Assembly: GCA_031420415.1 (NCBI GenBank)
Contig: JANOMT010000039.1
Location: 12,818-76,817, forward strand
Reading direction: 5' to 3'
Length of the DNA: 64,000 bases
From: Vulcanimicrobiota bacterium
GTDB taxonomy: Bacteria > Vulcanimicrobiota > Vulcanimicrobiia > Vulcanimicrobiales > Vulcanimicrobiaceae
Positions 46,275 through 57,964 of the stretch are shown here, piece by piece (within the stretch, counting starts at the first letter, position 1; each line of letters starts with the position of its first letter). Both the position numbers and the translations under genes were made by a program. Below the pieces are notes generated by a model. It saw only the letters and a list, made by a program, of their open reading frames with translations, made no database searches and was not told the origin of the DNA.

Positions 46275-46286
46275 GGAGACACCATC

Positions 46287-46661
46287 ATGGCCGTTGCCGA
46301 TCTCATTTCCGAAGTTGAAAAGCTAACCGTCCTCGAGCTCAACGAGCTCGTCAAAGCCCTCGAAGAGAAGTGGGGCGTTTCCGCCGCCGCTCCCGTTGCC
46401 GCTGCTGCAGCCGGTGGCGGAGCCGCTGCCCCCGCCGCCGCCGCCGAGCAGACGGAGTTCGATGCCGTGCTGACCGAAGTCGGCGCCGAGAAGATCAAAG
46501 TCATTAAGGCCGTCCGCGAGATCACGAGCCTCGGCCTCACCGAAGCCAAATCGTTCGTCGAAAGCGCGCCGAAAGCGATTAAGACCGGCATTCCCAAAGA
46601 CGAAGCCGAGCAGATCAAAGCCAAGCTTGCCGAAGTCGGCGCGAAAGTCGAAATCAAGTAG
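46287..46661 (+). CDS. rplL: 50S ribosomal protein L7/L12
   Basis: 124 aa. [19 protein letters not shown], an Ala-rich hinge, and [20 protein letters not shown]. Confidence 0.95.
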   Translation: MAVADLISEVEKLTVLELNELVKALEEKWGVSAAAPVAAAAAGGGAAAPAAAAEQTEFDAVLTEVGAEKIKVIKAVREITSLGLTEAKSFVESAPKAIKTGIPKDEAEQIKAKLAEVGAKVEIK

Positions 46662-46703
46662 AACTTCCGCGCTCGTCGTAACCGCCGCTAGCGGTCACGA
46701 AAT

Positions 46704-46745
46704 GAAAGAAGCCTCGGCAGAATGCCGGGGCTTCTTTCATTTGTC
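46704..46745. terminator. bidirectional intrinsic terminator between rplL and the convergent M48 peptidase gene
   Basis: 16-bp stem GAAAGAAGCCTCGGCA / TGCCGGGGCTTCTTTC with a 3-nt loop and T-rich flanks on both strands. Confidence 0.75.
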
Positions 46746-46770
46746 CCGAGCGCAGCCCGGAAACGAGTGT

Positions 46771-47655
46771 CTACTTCGGTGCGCAGCAGTAGGCGGCGTG
46801 ATACGCGACGTGATGCTTCGCGGCCGTACGGCGTGACGATGCGGTGGTCGCACGCGCGCGCGCTTGCGTGTAGTAGCCGCCCGTGCTCGTTAGCGGCGTT
46901 CCGCTCGCGATATCGGAGGAGAAGCGCCCGTACATGCGCGGGCTCGCCGCAAACTCGGCGCGCAAATCGGAAATGCGATGGTCGTCGGTCGGGTGATCGG
47001 AAAGAAATTCCATATTCCCGCCGGCGCTCGCTTTTTCGAAGTTTTGGAAGAGCCAGATCATGCCCCATGGATTGGATCCGGCCTGCGCGCACGTCTGCGC
47101 ACCCTTTGCATCAGCGGCGTGTTCGACGGCGCGTGAGAATTTGGTCGTCTGGACGGAGTAGGCGAGACTCTCGGCGGTTTGGCCGAGGCCGCTCCTATCG
47201 AGTCCGGTAAGCGCGCCGAGGATCCCGATGATGGTGCCCGTCGTCTGGTCTTTCGCGTTGTTGTTCACGACGTCGTGATGGATATCGTGGGACGTTTCGT
47301 GGCAGAGCACACCCGCGAGTTCTTCGCGATTCTGCACGAATTTCATCAGCGAATCCGTCACGTAGACGTTGCCACCGGGAACGGCGAAGGCGTTGGGTTG
47401 CGCTTCGTGGACGAGGATGAAGTGGAACGGGTAATCGTACTGTGGATCCGCGACGCCTTTGATCCGCGTAGCGATCGGATCGAGGATCGTATACAGGGCG
47501 TTGGGACGCGGAATGATCTCGCCTTTTTGCTGCAATTCGGCGTAGACTTGCGCGCCGATCTGCTGTTCTTGATCTTGCGCCTGCGCGAACGCGGGTGCGG
47601 CGTTCGAAGCGCCCGCGAGAAGCGCGGTAAGGGTGAGTGCGACGATGCGCTTCAT
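46771..47655 (-). CDS. secreted M48-family zinc metallopeptidase
   Basis: Signal peptide MKRIVALTLTALLAGASNAAPAFA, and an HETSH (HExxH) motif in a PGGNVYV....L context. Confidence 0.85.
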   Translation of the reverse strand: MKRIVALTLTALLAGASNAAPAFAQAQDQEQQIGAQVYAELQQKGEIIPRPNALYTILDPIATRIKGVADPQYDYPFHFILVHEAQPNAFAVPGGNVYVTDSLMKFVQNREELAGVLCHETSHDIHHDVVNNNAKDQTTGTIIGILGALTGLDRSGLGQTAESLAYSVQTTKFSRAVEHAADAKGAQTCAQAGSNPWGMIWLFQNFEKASAGGNMEFLSDHPTDDHRISDLRAEFAASPRMYGRFSSDIASGTPLTSTGGYYTQARARATTASSRRTAAKHHVAYHAAYCCAPK

Positions 47656-47816
47656 TTCGGGTCCTCCAGCTTGGGATACGACGATCGTACCCCGACAGAC
47701 CTCAAACGTAGCGAGACGGCATTTTGGTTCTCTTCCACGCCGCCTTCGCTCGCGGCACGAGCGAAAGGCGGTTCGTGAGGGAACGGCGAGAACGTGCGAG
47801 CGTCGCCGGTCTCGGT

Positions 47817-49952
<2,136 letters not shown>

Positions 49953-50095
49953 AGTCGCTCCTCGTTAAAGAAAACCGATCGTGGCGACTCATGTCGTCTT
50001 CCGATCGGCTTCATGAAAGTTGGTTTTGCCTTCTCGGAGGCTGAAGTCGCTCCTGGTCATTCCCTCGCATTCTCCCGCGACGCGGAGAACGAAGC

Positions 50096-51319
50096 ATGAG
50101 GGCGAAACGATTAGGCCTCATGCAAGAGGTCGACTTTTTGGTGGTCGGGTGTGGGCCCGCGGGCGGCACGGCCGCTCGAGAAGCCGCACGTGCCGGAGTG
50201 GAAACGCTCGTCCTCGAGCGCGACCCCGTCATCGGCGCAAAGCGTGTCTGCGCGGCGGGCTTGCGGCCGGGCTTCTGCGAGGATTTCGATCTGCCGCGTT
50301 CGATCGTGCACTGCGATCCGCCGACGATCGCCGTCCGCGGGCTCTCGGGTCGTCGGTACGATTTTGCAACCGCCGGGTCCGCGCACACGACGACGCGAGA
50401 AGAACTCGACGGCACGATTGCCGCGCTCGCGCTCAAAGAAGGCGCGCGCATCGAAACGCAAGTGCTCTTTCGCAATTACGTCGCCGACGGCGGGCGCACG
50501 ATCGTCGAGTATGCCGATTTGCGTACCGGCGAGCGGCGCAAAGTTCGCGCGAGATCGGTGCTCCTCGCGCAAGGGTCGAGCGCCCGCTTTGCACCGCAAA
50601 CGCCGCTCGACTACGACGCGTGGAGCTCGGGCCTCATCACGTGCTATCAATACCGCGTGTATCTCGACCGTCCGGCGATCGATGAGACGTATCGCATTCT
50701 CGAAATGCATTACTACCTTACCAAATCTGGACGCAACGTCATCGCGTGGATGTTTCCCAAACGCGATCACCTCTCCATAGGCCTCGGTATCCAAGGCAAA
50801 TATTCCGGCAAAGACCTCCGCGCCGAACTCGACGCGTTCTTACCGACCGTCCAGGAGCGGCTCTTCCCCGGCATCGGTTACACCGTTCGTGAAGAGGGGA
50901 ATTTGCTCTACGGCGGCGCGCCACGACCACATATCAGCCACGGCAATGTGATGGTCGCTGGAACGGCGGCGGGGCTCGTCGATGCGACCACGGGCGAAGG
51001 GATTTACGAAGCAGCCTTCTCCGGGCGTCTGGCAGCGCAAGCCGTTGCCGATGCTCGGCTCGGCCGCACGACGGCACCCGCACAAAGCTACGAGAAGGCG
51101 CTCAAAGGCGTCTTTTACGGACGCCTCCGCCACCGTCATAAATTAATGACGTTTCTCGAACGCAAACCGATTCGCTTCGACGTGCTCTTCGAACAGCTCG
51201 CGCGCACGCCGCGCTTCGCGACGATGTTGCAACGCGATCGTAACGATTTCTCACTCGGAGAGTGGATGTATCTCTACGCGCAGGCCGCGCTCTTTTCGAT
51301 CAGCGCGATCCGCGCGTGA
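50096..51319 (+). CDS. FAD-dependent oxidoreductase, geranylgeranyl reductase family
   Basis: DFLVVGCGPAGGTAAREAA dinucleotide-binding motif and RVCAAGL. The start may be the internal MQEVDF. Confidence 0.8.
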   Translation: MRAKRLGLMQEVDFLVVGCGPAGGTAAREAARAGVETLVLERDPVIGAKRVCAAGLRPGFCEDFDLPRSIVHCDPPTIAVRGLSGRRYDFATAGSAHTTTREELDGTIAALALKEGARIETQVLFRNYVADGGRTIVEYADLRTGERRKVRARSVLLAQGSSARFAPQTPLDYDAWSSGLITCYQYRVYLDRPAIDETYRILEMHYYLTKSGRNVIAWMFPKRDHLSIGLGIQGKYSGKDLRAELDAFLPTVQERLFPGIGYTVREEGNLLYGGAPRPHISHGNVMVAGTAAGLVDATTGEGIYEAAFSGRLAAQAVADARLGRTTAPAQSYEKALKGVFYGRLRHRHKLMTFLERKPIRFDVLFEQLARTPRFATMLQRDRNDFSLGEWMYLYAQAALFSISAIRA

Positions 51320-52338
51320 CGACATTCCTCGTACGCCGCGTCGTGCGGCTCGCCTTCGTTCTCGTTGCGATTACACTCGCGAGTTTCGCCTTCATGCAAG
51401 CGATCCCGGGCGATCCCGTGACGTTGCGGCTCGGCGATCACGCCACGCCCGATGAGGTCCTTCGCTTGCGGGCCGCCCTCGGTCTCGATCGGCCGTGGTA
51501 CGTCCAACTCTTCTTCTATTTTGGCGCGCTTCTCCACGGCGATCTCGGGCGTTCGCTCATCGACGCGCAACCCGTCGTAACGAAGCTCGCGCAATATTTT
51601 CCGGCAACCGTCGAACTCACGGCGGGTGCGTTGCTCGTCGCGGTCGCGATCGGCGTACCCGCGGGCGTCTTCGCCGCACTGCGTCGTTCGAGCGCCCTCG
51701 ACGTTCTCACGATGAGCGCCGTGCTCATCGGCGTTTCTATCCCGGTCTTCTGGCTCGGATTCATGCTCGTATATCTGCTCGCGGTCTTGCCGATGCGTTT
51801 CGGACTCGATCTCTTCCCAATCTCGGGCCGCATCTCGCTTGCGTATGTGATTCCGGCGCGAACGCATCTCGTCGTGATCGATGCGCTCCTTGCGGGCAAC
51901 GGCCGCGCGGCGCTCGACGCGCTGTGGCATCTCGTTTTGCCCGCAATCACGCTCGGCACGATTCCGCTCGCGATCGTGGCGAAGATAACGCGTAGCGGGA
52001 TGCTCGACGTCCTGCGGAGCGATTACATTCGGACGGCGCGCGCGAAGGGGCTATCGCCGCGGAGTGTCGTCGTCGGCCACGCACTCCGCAACGCACTCGT
52101 GCCGATCCTCACCGTCATCGGATTGCAGACGGGGCTCTTGCTCGGCGGTGCCGTGTTGACGGAGCACATTTTTGCGTGGCCGGGCGTGGGGCGTCTCGCC
52201 TTCGATGCAATATCAAATCGAGACATGCCGCTCGTGAATGGCTGTATCTTGCTCTTTGCTACGGTCTTCGTCGTGGTTAATGCGATCGTCGATCTGCTCT
52301 ACGCGGTGGCGAATCCGCGAATCCGCTATGGCGGTTAA
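51316..52338 (+). CDS. ABC transporter permease (DppB/OppB type), orphan
   Basis: ORF trimmed to the GTG at 51316 (VTTFLVRRVVRL...QAIPGDP). It has the EAA-like loop DYIRTARAKGLS. There is no second permease, ATPase or binding protein adjacent. Confidence 0.85.
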   Translation: MTTFLVRRVVRLAFVLVAITLASFAFMQAIPGDPVTLRLGDHATPDEVLRLRAALGLDRPWYVQLFFYFGALLHGDLGRSLIDAQPVVTKLAQYFPATVELTAGALLVAVAIGVPAGVFAALRRSSALDVLTMSAVLIGVSIPVFWLGFMLVYLLAVLPMRFGLDLFPISGRISLAYVIPARTHLVVIDALLAGNGRAALDALWHLVLPAITLGTIPLAIVAKITRSGMLDVLRSDYIRTARAKGLSPRSVVVGHALRNALVPILTVIGLQTGLLLGGAVLTEHIFAWPGVGRLAFDAISNRDMPLVNGCILLFATVFVVVNAIVDLLYAVANPRIRYGG

Positions 52339-52392
52339 AATTGGTCCGCCTCTTCGGAAGAGTCCGGCACGACGTGTGGAATATGGTCGGCG

Positions 52393-53223
52393 TTGAAGAC
52401 TGATGCGAGCTCGCCGTACATCATCGCGGGAACCCGCTACACGCGGGAAGAGGTCATCCACCGCTACATTCACCTCGTGAAGTATGTCGCCGGGCGTATT
52501 TCCGTTAACTTGCCGCCGAACGTCGAACTCAACGACCTCATCAACGATGGTGTCGTCGGGCTCATCGACGCGATCGAAAAGTACGATGACGATCGCGGCG
52601 TGAAGTTCGAAACGTATGCGATCACCCGCATTCACGGCGCGATCATCGATGCGTTGCGGGCGCTCGATTGGGTCCCACGCGCGATCCGTCAGAAAGCGCG
52701 CGAACTCGAACGCACGCAGCACGAACTCGAAGCCGAGACCGGCCGCATGGCGACCGACGACGAGGTCGCGGTTCGCATGGGAATTCCCAAACGCGAACTC
52801 GAGACGCTGCAACAAAAAGTACGCGGTACCTCCCTCCTCTCACTGGAAGAACATCTGCCCAACGATGGCGGGAACGACATCCCGTTGCTCGACACGCTTC
52901 GCGGCGACGACGGCGATTTGGGCACCGATGTCGAGCAACGCGAGATACGCGACGCTCTCGTTCAAGCCGTCGAAGCGCTCTCGAAGCAAGAACGTATCGT
53001 CATCAAACTCTACTACTTCGAGGGCCAGACGCTCAAAGAGATCAAAAGCGTCCTTTCCGTTTCTGAGTCGCGCGTTTCGCAAATTCACGCGCAAGCCGTG
53101 ATCCATCTCCGACAAAAACTTCGCGTCCTCCGAGCCGATCTCGGTTTCCGCGAGAACGATCCCACCGTCAAACAGAAATATGTCCGTCGTCCGATTCCGC
53201 CGGGAACGGAAATCGCGCGCTAG
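52393..53223 (+). CDS. fliA: FliA/WhiG/SigD-type (sigma-28) RNA polymerase sigma factor
   Basis: Region 2 (DLINDGVVGLIDAIEKYD...FETYA..RI.GAI.D) and region 4 (LYYFEGQTLKEIKSVLSVSESRVSQIHAQA). TTG start. Confidence 0.85.
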   Translation: MKTDASSPYIIAGTRYTREEVIHRYIHLVKYVAGRISVNLPPNVELNDLINDGVVGLIDAIEKYDDDRGVKFETYAITRIHGAIIDALRALDWVPRAIRQKARELERTQHELEAETGRMATDDEVAVRMGIPKRELETLQQKVRGTSLLSLEEHLPNDGGNDIPLLDTLRGDDGDLGTDVEQREIRDALVQAVEALSKQERIVIKLYYFEGQTLKEIKSVLSVSESRVSQIHAQAVIHLRQKLRVLRADLGFRENDPTVKQKYVRRPIPPGTEIAR

Positions 53224-53227
53224 CATC

Positions 53228-53730
53228 ATGGCCGTTCGGCGGGTGCGTTTGCGCGGCCCGAGCGAACCGCCGCCGGTCGTTTTTTCGGAACCTGATGCAG
53301 GCGTCGAACGTGCGAACTCCGGCCGCGACCTCCGACTCCATCGGGCATGGCTCGCACCCGATCGTGCCGATACGCATTTGGCGACGATCCGCGCAACGAC
53401 GACGTCGACCGCGGTTCCGCGGATTTCCATCTGAAATCGGGGCGCTTCGCATCGAACTCGAGGCTTTTACCGGGACGCGGCTTTCGTACGTCTTGCTCAA
53501 TCGCTATTGCGACGGCGCAGATGGCGTCGCATGGCACGACGATCGGGATATCCCGGGTCGGTACTCGATATTCGCCGCAAGGCCCGCACGAGCGTCGTCT
53601 TGGCCGATCTCGACCACGGCGATCTCGCGATCATGCGCGGGCGCGCACAGTCGCCGTTAACCGAGTCCCAAAAGATCGTCGCATTGTGGGCGTACGAATA
53701 AACCCTACTTTTCGACAATTGCCCGATTAG
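53228..53730 (+). pseudogene. frameshifted, partly deleted alkB-like 2OG-Fe(II) dioxygenase
   Basis: AlkB-like segments are spread over three frames. Frame 2: MAVRR..DLRLHRAWLAPDRADTHLATI. Frame 0: LSYVLLNRYCDGADGVAWHDDRD. Frame 2 again: VVLADLDHGDLAIMRGRAQ. Frame 1: VNRVPKD...RINPTFRQL. The second metal-binding His appears replaced (N). Confidence 0.55.
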
Positions 53731-53931
53731 AAAGTGGCGCGGCCGAGGTTTCGTCCCTGTGGCGTCCAGTGGCGAAGCTGCGGCCGCTGCCGTTGCTGCC
53801 GGCCTGGATCGAGCGTTCGATTTCATGATGACTGGCGGCGGATTCCCTTTCCGGACGCGTCTCGGTAGAGAGACCGGAATGCCACGCAATCGAACAGGAG
53901 TTCGAGCGGTCGTCGCGTACGGGTTCTCTCG

Positions 53932-54855
53932 ATGAGTTGGCTAGCGAAGCTTAAGGGCGCTCTCGGTCGGTCGCGGGAGTCGCTTGCGGGAGTTGAGACG
54001 CTCGCCAGGGCGCGTCGGCCGCTCGATCGCGATTTTTGGGAAGAGTTCGAAGAGATTCTCATCGCAGCCGACTTTGGTGTTCCGACCACGGAGAAGATTC
54101 TCGAGGGCCTCAAGGTCGTCGCACGTCAGGAGTTTTGGGGTCGGAGCGACCAAGCCGTCAAGCGGTTCAAAGAAGACGTTCGCAAGTTTCTGACGCTGCC
54201 GGGCGGGGCACTCGCGTTGCGCCGACGCCCGGCGGTGGTCTTGGTCGTGGGCGTCAATGGCAGTGGGAAGACGACGACGATCGGAAAGCTCGGGCGGCTC
54301 TTGTCATTGCAGGGCAAGCGCGTGATGTTCGTAGCGGCCGATACGTTTCGCGCGGCCGCAGCCGAACAGCTTGCGGTCTGGGCGGAGCGGAGTGGCGCCG
54401 AATTCGTTCGTGGCCGCGAAGCCTCGGATCCGTCGTCGGTCGTCTTCGACGGCTTGGCCCAGGCCAAAGCTCGCAACGTCGATGTGGTCATCATCGATAC
54501 GGCGGGGCGGCTGCAAACTAAGACCAACCTCATGGAAGAGCTCAAGAAGATGCGACGCATCATCGAGCGCGAGACGGGCGCACCGCCCGACGAGACGCTC
54601 TTGGTCGTCGACGGCACCACGGGCCAAAATGCGATTTCGCAAGCGAAACTTTTCAACGAGGCGACGGCGCTCACGGGAGTCGTCGTCACGAAGCTCGATT
54701 CGACCGCGAAAGGCGGGGTGCTCGTCGCGATTGTCGATACGATCGTCGTCCCGATCAAGTTCATCGGGCTCGGCGAAGACATCGACGCGCTCCGGCCCTT
54801 CGACCCCGCCGCGTTCATCGATGCGCTCTTCGAACCGGCTACCGCAACGGCGTAA
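53932..54855 (+). CDS. ftsY: signal recognition particle receptor FtsY
   Basis: [23 protein letters not shown]....GG. 307 aa. Confidence 0.95.
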   Translation: MSWLAKLKGALGRSRESLAGVETLARARRPLDRDFWEEFEEILIAADFGVPTTEKILEGLKVVARQEFWGRSDQAVKRFKEDVRKFLTLPGGALALRRRPAVVLVVGVNGSGKTTTIGKLGRLLSLQGKRVMFVAADTFRAAAAEQLAVWAERSGAEFVRGREASDPSSVVFDGLAQAKARNVDVVIIDTAGRLQTKTNLMEELKKMRRIIERETGAPPDETLLVVDGTTGQNAISQAKLFNEATALTGVVVTKLDSTAKGGVLVAIVDTIVVPIKFIGLGEDIDALRPFDPAAFIDALFEPATATA

Positions 54856-54929
54856 TCCACAATGCCACGATGGTGGCACGGCGGCCACTTACAATTACAG
54901 CACCAACGACTTCAAGGAGCATCCCAAAC

Positions 54930-55976
54930 GTGGCGGACGATAAAGCGGTAGCGCTCGGAAACGCGCTAGCCCAGATCGAAAAGCAATTCGGCAAAGGGTC
55001 CATCATGAAGATGGGCGATTTTGCCGAGCGCATGCAGATGGACGTCATTCCGACGGGTTCCATCGCCCTCGATCTCGCGCTCGGCGTCGGCGGCGTCCCG
55101 CGCGGCCGTGTCGTCGAGATCTATGGTCCGGAGTCGAGCGGTAAAACGACGCTCTCGCTGCACATCATCGCCGAAGCCCAGCGCCTGGGTGGGACGGCCG
55201 CCTTTATCGACGTCGAGCATGCCCTCGATCCCGTGTACGCAGCGAACCTCGGCGTCGATCTCGATAATCTGCTCGTCTCGCAGCCCGATACGGGCGAACA
55301 GGCTCTCGATATTGCCGAGATGCTCATACGCAGCAACGCCGTCGACGTCGTCGTTCTCGACTCGGTCGCGGCGCTCGTCACCAAATCGGAACTCGAAGGC
55401 GATATGGGCGATGCGCACGTCGGCCTCCAGGCGCGTCTCATGTCGCAGGCGTGTCGCAAACTCACGTCGGCGATCTCGCGCTCGAAATGTGTGATGATCT
55501 TCATCAATCAGCTGCGCGAAAAAGTCGGCGTGATGTTCGGATCCCCTGAAACGACCTCGGGCGGCCGCGCGCTCAAGTTCTACGCGTCGGTCCGTCTCGA
55601 CGTGCGCAAACTCGAACAGATCAAAATCGGTCAAGACGTCGTTGGGTCGCGCACGCGCGTCAAAGTCGTCAAGAACAAAGTCGCACCGCCGTTCCGCCAG
55701 GCCGAATTCGATATCACCTATGGCAAGGGCATCTCGAAGATGGGCTCGATCCTCGATGTCGCGCTCGAACGCAATATCGTTGCCAAGAGCGGCTCGTGGT
55801 ATACGTACGGGGACCTGCGTGTCGGCCAAGGTCGCGAAAACTCCAAGGCGTTCCTCGAAGAACACACCGATCTCGCCGAAGAGATCTCCGTGAAGATCCG
55901 CGCCGCACTTGCGGCGACGGCGAAGCCGAACGGGTCGGCCAAACTCGCTGCAGTCGGTGCTTCGAGCGAAGAGTAA
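54930..55976 (+). CDS. recA: recombinase RecA
   Basis: ORF trimmed to the GTG at 54930, preceded by AAGGAG. It has [24 protein letters not shown] and FINQLREK. Confidence 0.95.
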   Translation: MADDKAVALGNALAQIEKQFGKGSIMKMGDFAERMQMDVIPTGSIALDLALGVGGVPRGRVVEIYGPESSGKTTLSLHIIAEAQRLGGTAAFIDVEHALDPVYAANLGVDLDNLLVSQPDTGEQALDIAEMLIRSNAVDVVVLDSVAALVTKSELEGDMGDAHVGLQARLMSQACRKLTSAISRSKCVMIFINQLREKVGVMFGSPETTSGGRALKFYASVRLDVRKLEQIKIGQDVVGSRTRVKVVKNKVAPPFRQAEFDITYGKGISKMGSILDVALERNIVAKSGSWYTYGDLRVGQGRENSKAFLEEHTDLAEEISVKIRAALAATAKPNGSAKLAAVGASSEE

Positions 55977-56010
55977 TGGCGAGGGCGACGTCGAGCGGCC
56001 GAAAACGAAA

Positions 56011-56466
56011 GTGCGCGTCGTCGCCCTCCGCCTACTTGCAAAACGCCGGCTAACCGAAGCGCAACTCTGGACGCGCTTGGCGCAACGTGGCTATCCGCAA
56101 GATGAAGTTCGCGCGGCTGTTGAGTCGTGTAAATCCGATGGCTTCGTCGACGACGCACTCTACGCGCAACTCTTCGTCGATGGTCGTGCGAAAGCGGTCG
56201 GTGATGTGCGACTCGTTGCCGATCTCGTGCGTCGCGGCATCGACCGCGATGCGGCGAAGCATAGCGTTGCATCGGCCGAGCGTGAGGAAGACGAACGGCT
56301 CGGAGCCGCGATCGAAAAACTCTTCCGTATTCGTGCGAACGTGAGCTACCCGAGCGCGGCCCGCGCGCTCGAACGACTCGGATTTCCAACGCCTGCGATC
56401 TATCGATTTTTGCGGGCTCGCGCCGCGAACGTATTTTCAGACGCCGAGCAGATGCCACCAAGCTAG
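56011..56466 (+). CDS. recX: recombination regulator RecX
   Basis: ALRLLAKRRLTEAQLWTRLAQRGY..DEV helical repeats directly after recA. The start is uncertain (GTG at 56011, or further upstream overlapping recA). Confidence 0.75.
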   Translation: MRVVALRLLAKRRLTEAQLWTRLAQRGYPQDEVRAAVESCKSDGFVDDALYAQLFVDGRAKAVGDVRLVADLVRRGIDRDAAKHSVASAEREEDERLGAAIEKLFRIRANVSYPSAARALERLGFPTPAIYRFLRARAANVFSDAEQMPPS

Positions 56467-56643
56467 GCTGCCGAAACGTTTTCTCCCGCGATCTTCGTCG
56501 GCAATCCATTGGTCGGCGACCCACGCTCGAATGCCGATCGCTACGTGCCGGTAGCGTCTCTTCGTGAAATCGTCGACCCTGGCCGAGGTCAACGTTCTGT
56601 AAGGGGCCGAGGTGAACGTCGCAACGGCCACGTAACGCGAAGC

Positions 56644-57957
56644 ATGCGTGCACTTCTGACGGCGTTTATAGCTGCGATGATCCTGTCGTGCCTGGCGCCC
56701 GCGCGCGCTGTCGAACTCGAATCGATCGCCAAAGCCGCATCGACGTACAACAATCCTAACAATCGGCTCGAGAAGATGTACCGCGCCGCTTTGCTCAATA
56801 CGAGCCAACAGGCGACGATCGCCTCCGACGGTACCGCGTATGTGAAGACGGGCGACATTCCGGCGGAGTGGTTGCGCGATGCGAGCGCGCAGGTCCGGCC
56901 GTATTTGTTTTTTGCAAAGAACGATATAAAAGTCGCGGGCCTTTTGCGCGGCATTATCGCGCGCGAAGGCAAGTATCTCCAAGTCGATCCATACGCGAAT
57001 GCGTTCACGATCGATTACCGCGTTTGGGAACAGAAATTCGAACTCGATTCGCTTGCCTATCCGATCATCTTATCGTGGAGCTACTGGAAAACGACGGGCG
57101 ATGCATCGATCTTCACGGGAGATCAATCGCTCGGATTCGATAAGGCGCTCGAAACGATGGAGCGCGAACAGGACCACGCCCGCAATTCGAAATACGCACA
57201 TCGCGAACTGCGCGACGACAACGGGAACGCCGGTCCCAATCCGGTCGCCTACACGGGTATGATTTGGACCGGCTTTCGGCCATCCGACGATGCGTGTAAG
57301 TACAACTATCTCATCCCATCGGAGATGATGGCCGTCGTCGCACTTGGCGATCTCGAAGAGATCGAGCGGACCGTCTACCGCAATCTGCTTAAGAGCAATC
57401 GCGCGAAAACGATGCGCGCCGAAGTGCAGGACGGCATTCAGAAATTCGGCGAAGTTTTTACGCCGAATTACGGATACGTCTACGCCTACGAAGTCGACGG
57501 ACTCGGGCACCAAACGCTCATGGACGACGCGAATATCCCGAGCCTGCTTTCGGCGCCGTATCTGGGTTACACGAAAGCCGATAGCTTCGTTTACAAAAAT
57601 ACGCGTCGCTTCTTACTCTCGAAAGACAACCCGTATTATTATGTCGGCTCGATCGCGCGTGGGATCGGCAGCGCGCACACGAGCGACGGCTACGTGTGGC
57701 CGCTCGCGCTCTTGATTCAAGGGCTCACCGCAACGTCGGATTCCGAACGTAAAGATGTTTTAGGACAGTTGCTCGCGAGCGATCCGGGCGATCATCTCTT
57801 ACACGAATCGTTCGATCCGAGCGATCCGCTGAAATTTTCGCGCAAGGATTTCGGATGGCCCAACGCCCTCTTCTCGGAATTCGTCATGACGTCGTTCAAC
57901 GGCACCGCAGCGTTGCCGATGGGCAACACGAGCGATCTGGAGTTTCGCGGCGAATAG
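56644..57957 (+). CDS. secreted glycoside hydrolase family 125 (DUF1237, exo-alpha-1,6-mannosidase-like)
   Basis: ORF trimmed to the signal peptide MRALLTAFIAAMILSCLAPARA. It has DIPAEWLRDASAQV, FELDSLAYP and MDDANIPSLL motifs. Confidence 0.8.
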   Translation: MRALLTAFIAAMILSCLAPARAVELESIAKAASTYNNPNNRLEKMYRAALLNTSQQATIASDGTAYVKTGDIPAEWLRDASAQVRPYLFFAKNDIKVAGLLRGIIAREGKYLQVDPYANAFTIDYRVWEQKFELDSLAYPIILSWSYWKTTGDASIFTGDQSLGFDKALETMEREQDHARNSKYAHRELRDDNGNAGPNPVAYTGMIWTGFRPSDDACKYNYLIPSEMMAVVALGDLEEIERTVYRNLLKSNRAKTMRAEVQDGIQKFGEVFTPNYGYVYAYEVDGLGHQTLMDDANIPSLLSAPYLGYTKADSFVYKNTRRFLLSKDNPYYYVGSIARGIGSAHTSDGYVWPLALLIQGLTATSDSERKDVLGQLLASDPGDHLLHESFDPSDPLKFSRKDFGWPNALFSEFVMTSFNGTAALPMGNTSDLEFRGE

Positions 57958-57964
57958 GTCCGAC

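Noticed and set aside
47740-47771. The hairpin CGCCTTCGCTCG..CGAGCGAAAGGCG downstream of hppA as an intrinsic terminator.
   Set aside because: The stem is good, but there is no U-tract on the minus strand, so it is not listed as a feature. It could be a Rho-dependent or mRNA-stabilising element.
49953-50095. A direct repeat AAGTCGCTCCT (49952-49962 and about 50043-50053) and CCGATCG repeats in the hppA / flavoprotein divergent region.
   Set aside because: They are short. One copy is simply the reverse complement of the hppA ribosome-binding site (GAGGAGCGAC). The match is most likely coincidental.
53295-53730. Three separate small genes (ORFs 53295..53660, 53347..53730, 53507..53701).
   Set aside because: Each carries a consecutive fragment of one AlkB-like protein in a different frame. 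I interpret them as a single frameshifted pseudogene rather than independent genes.
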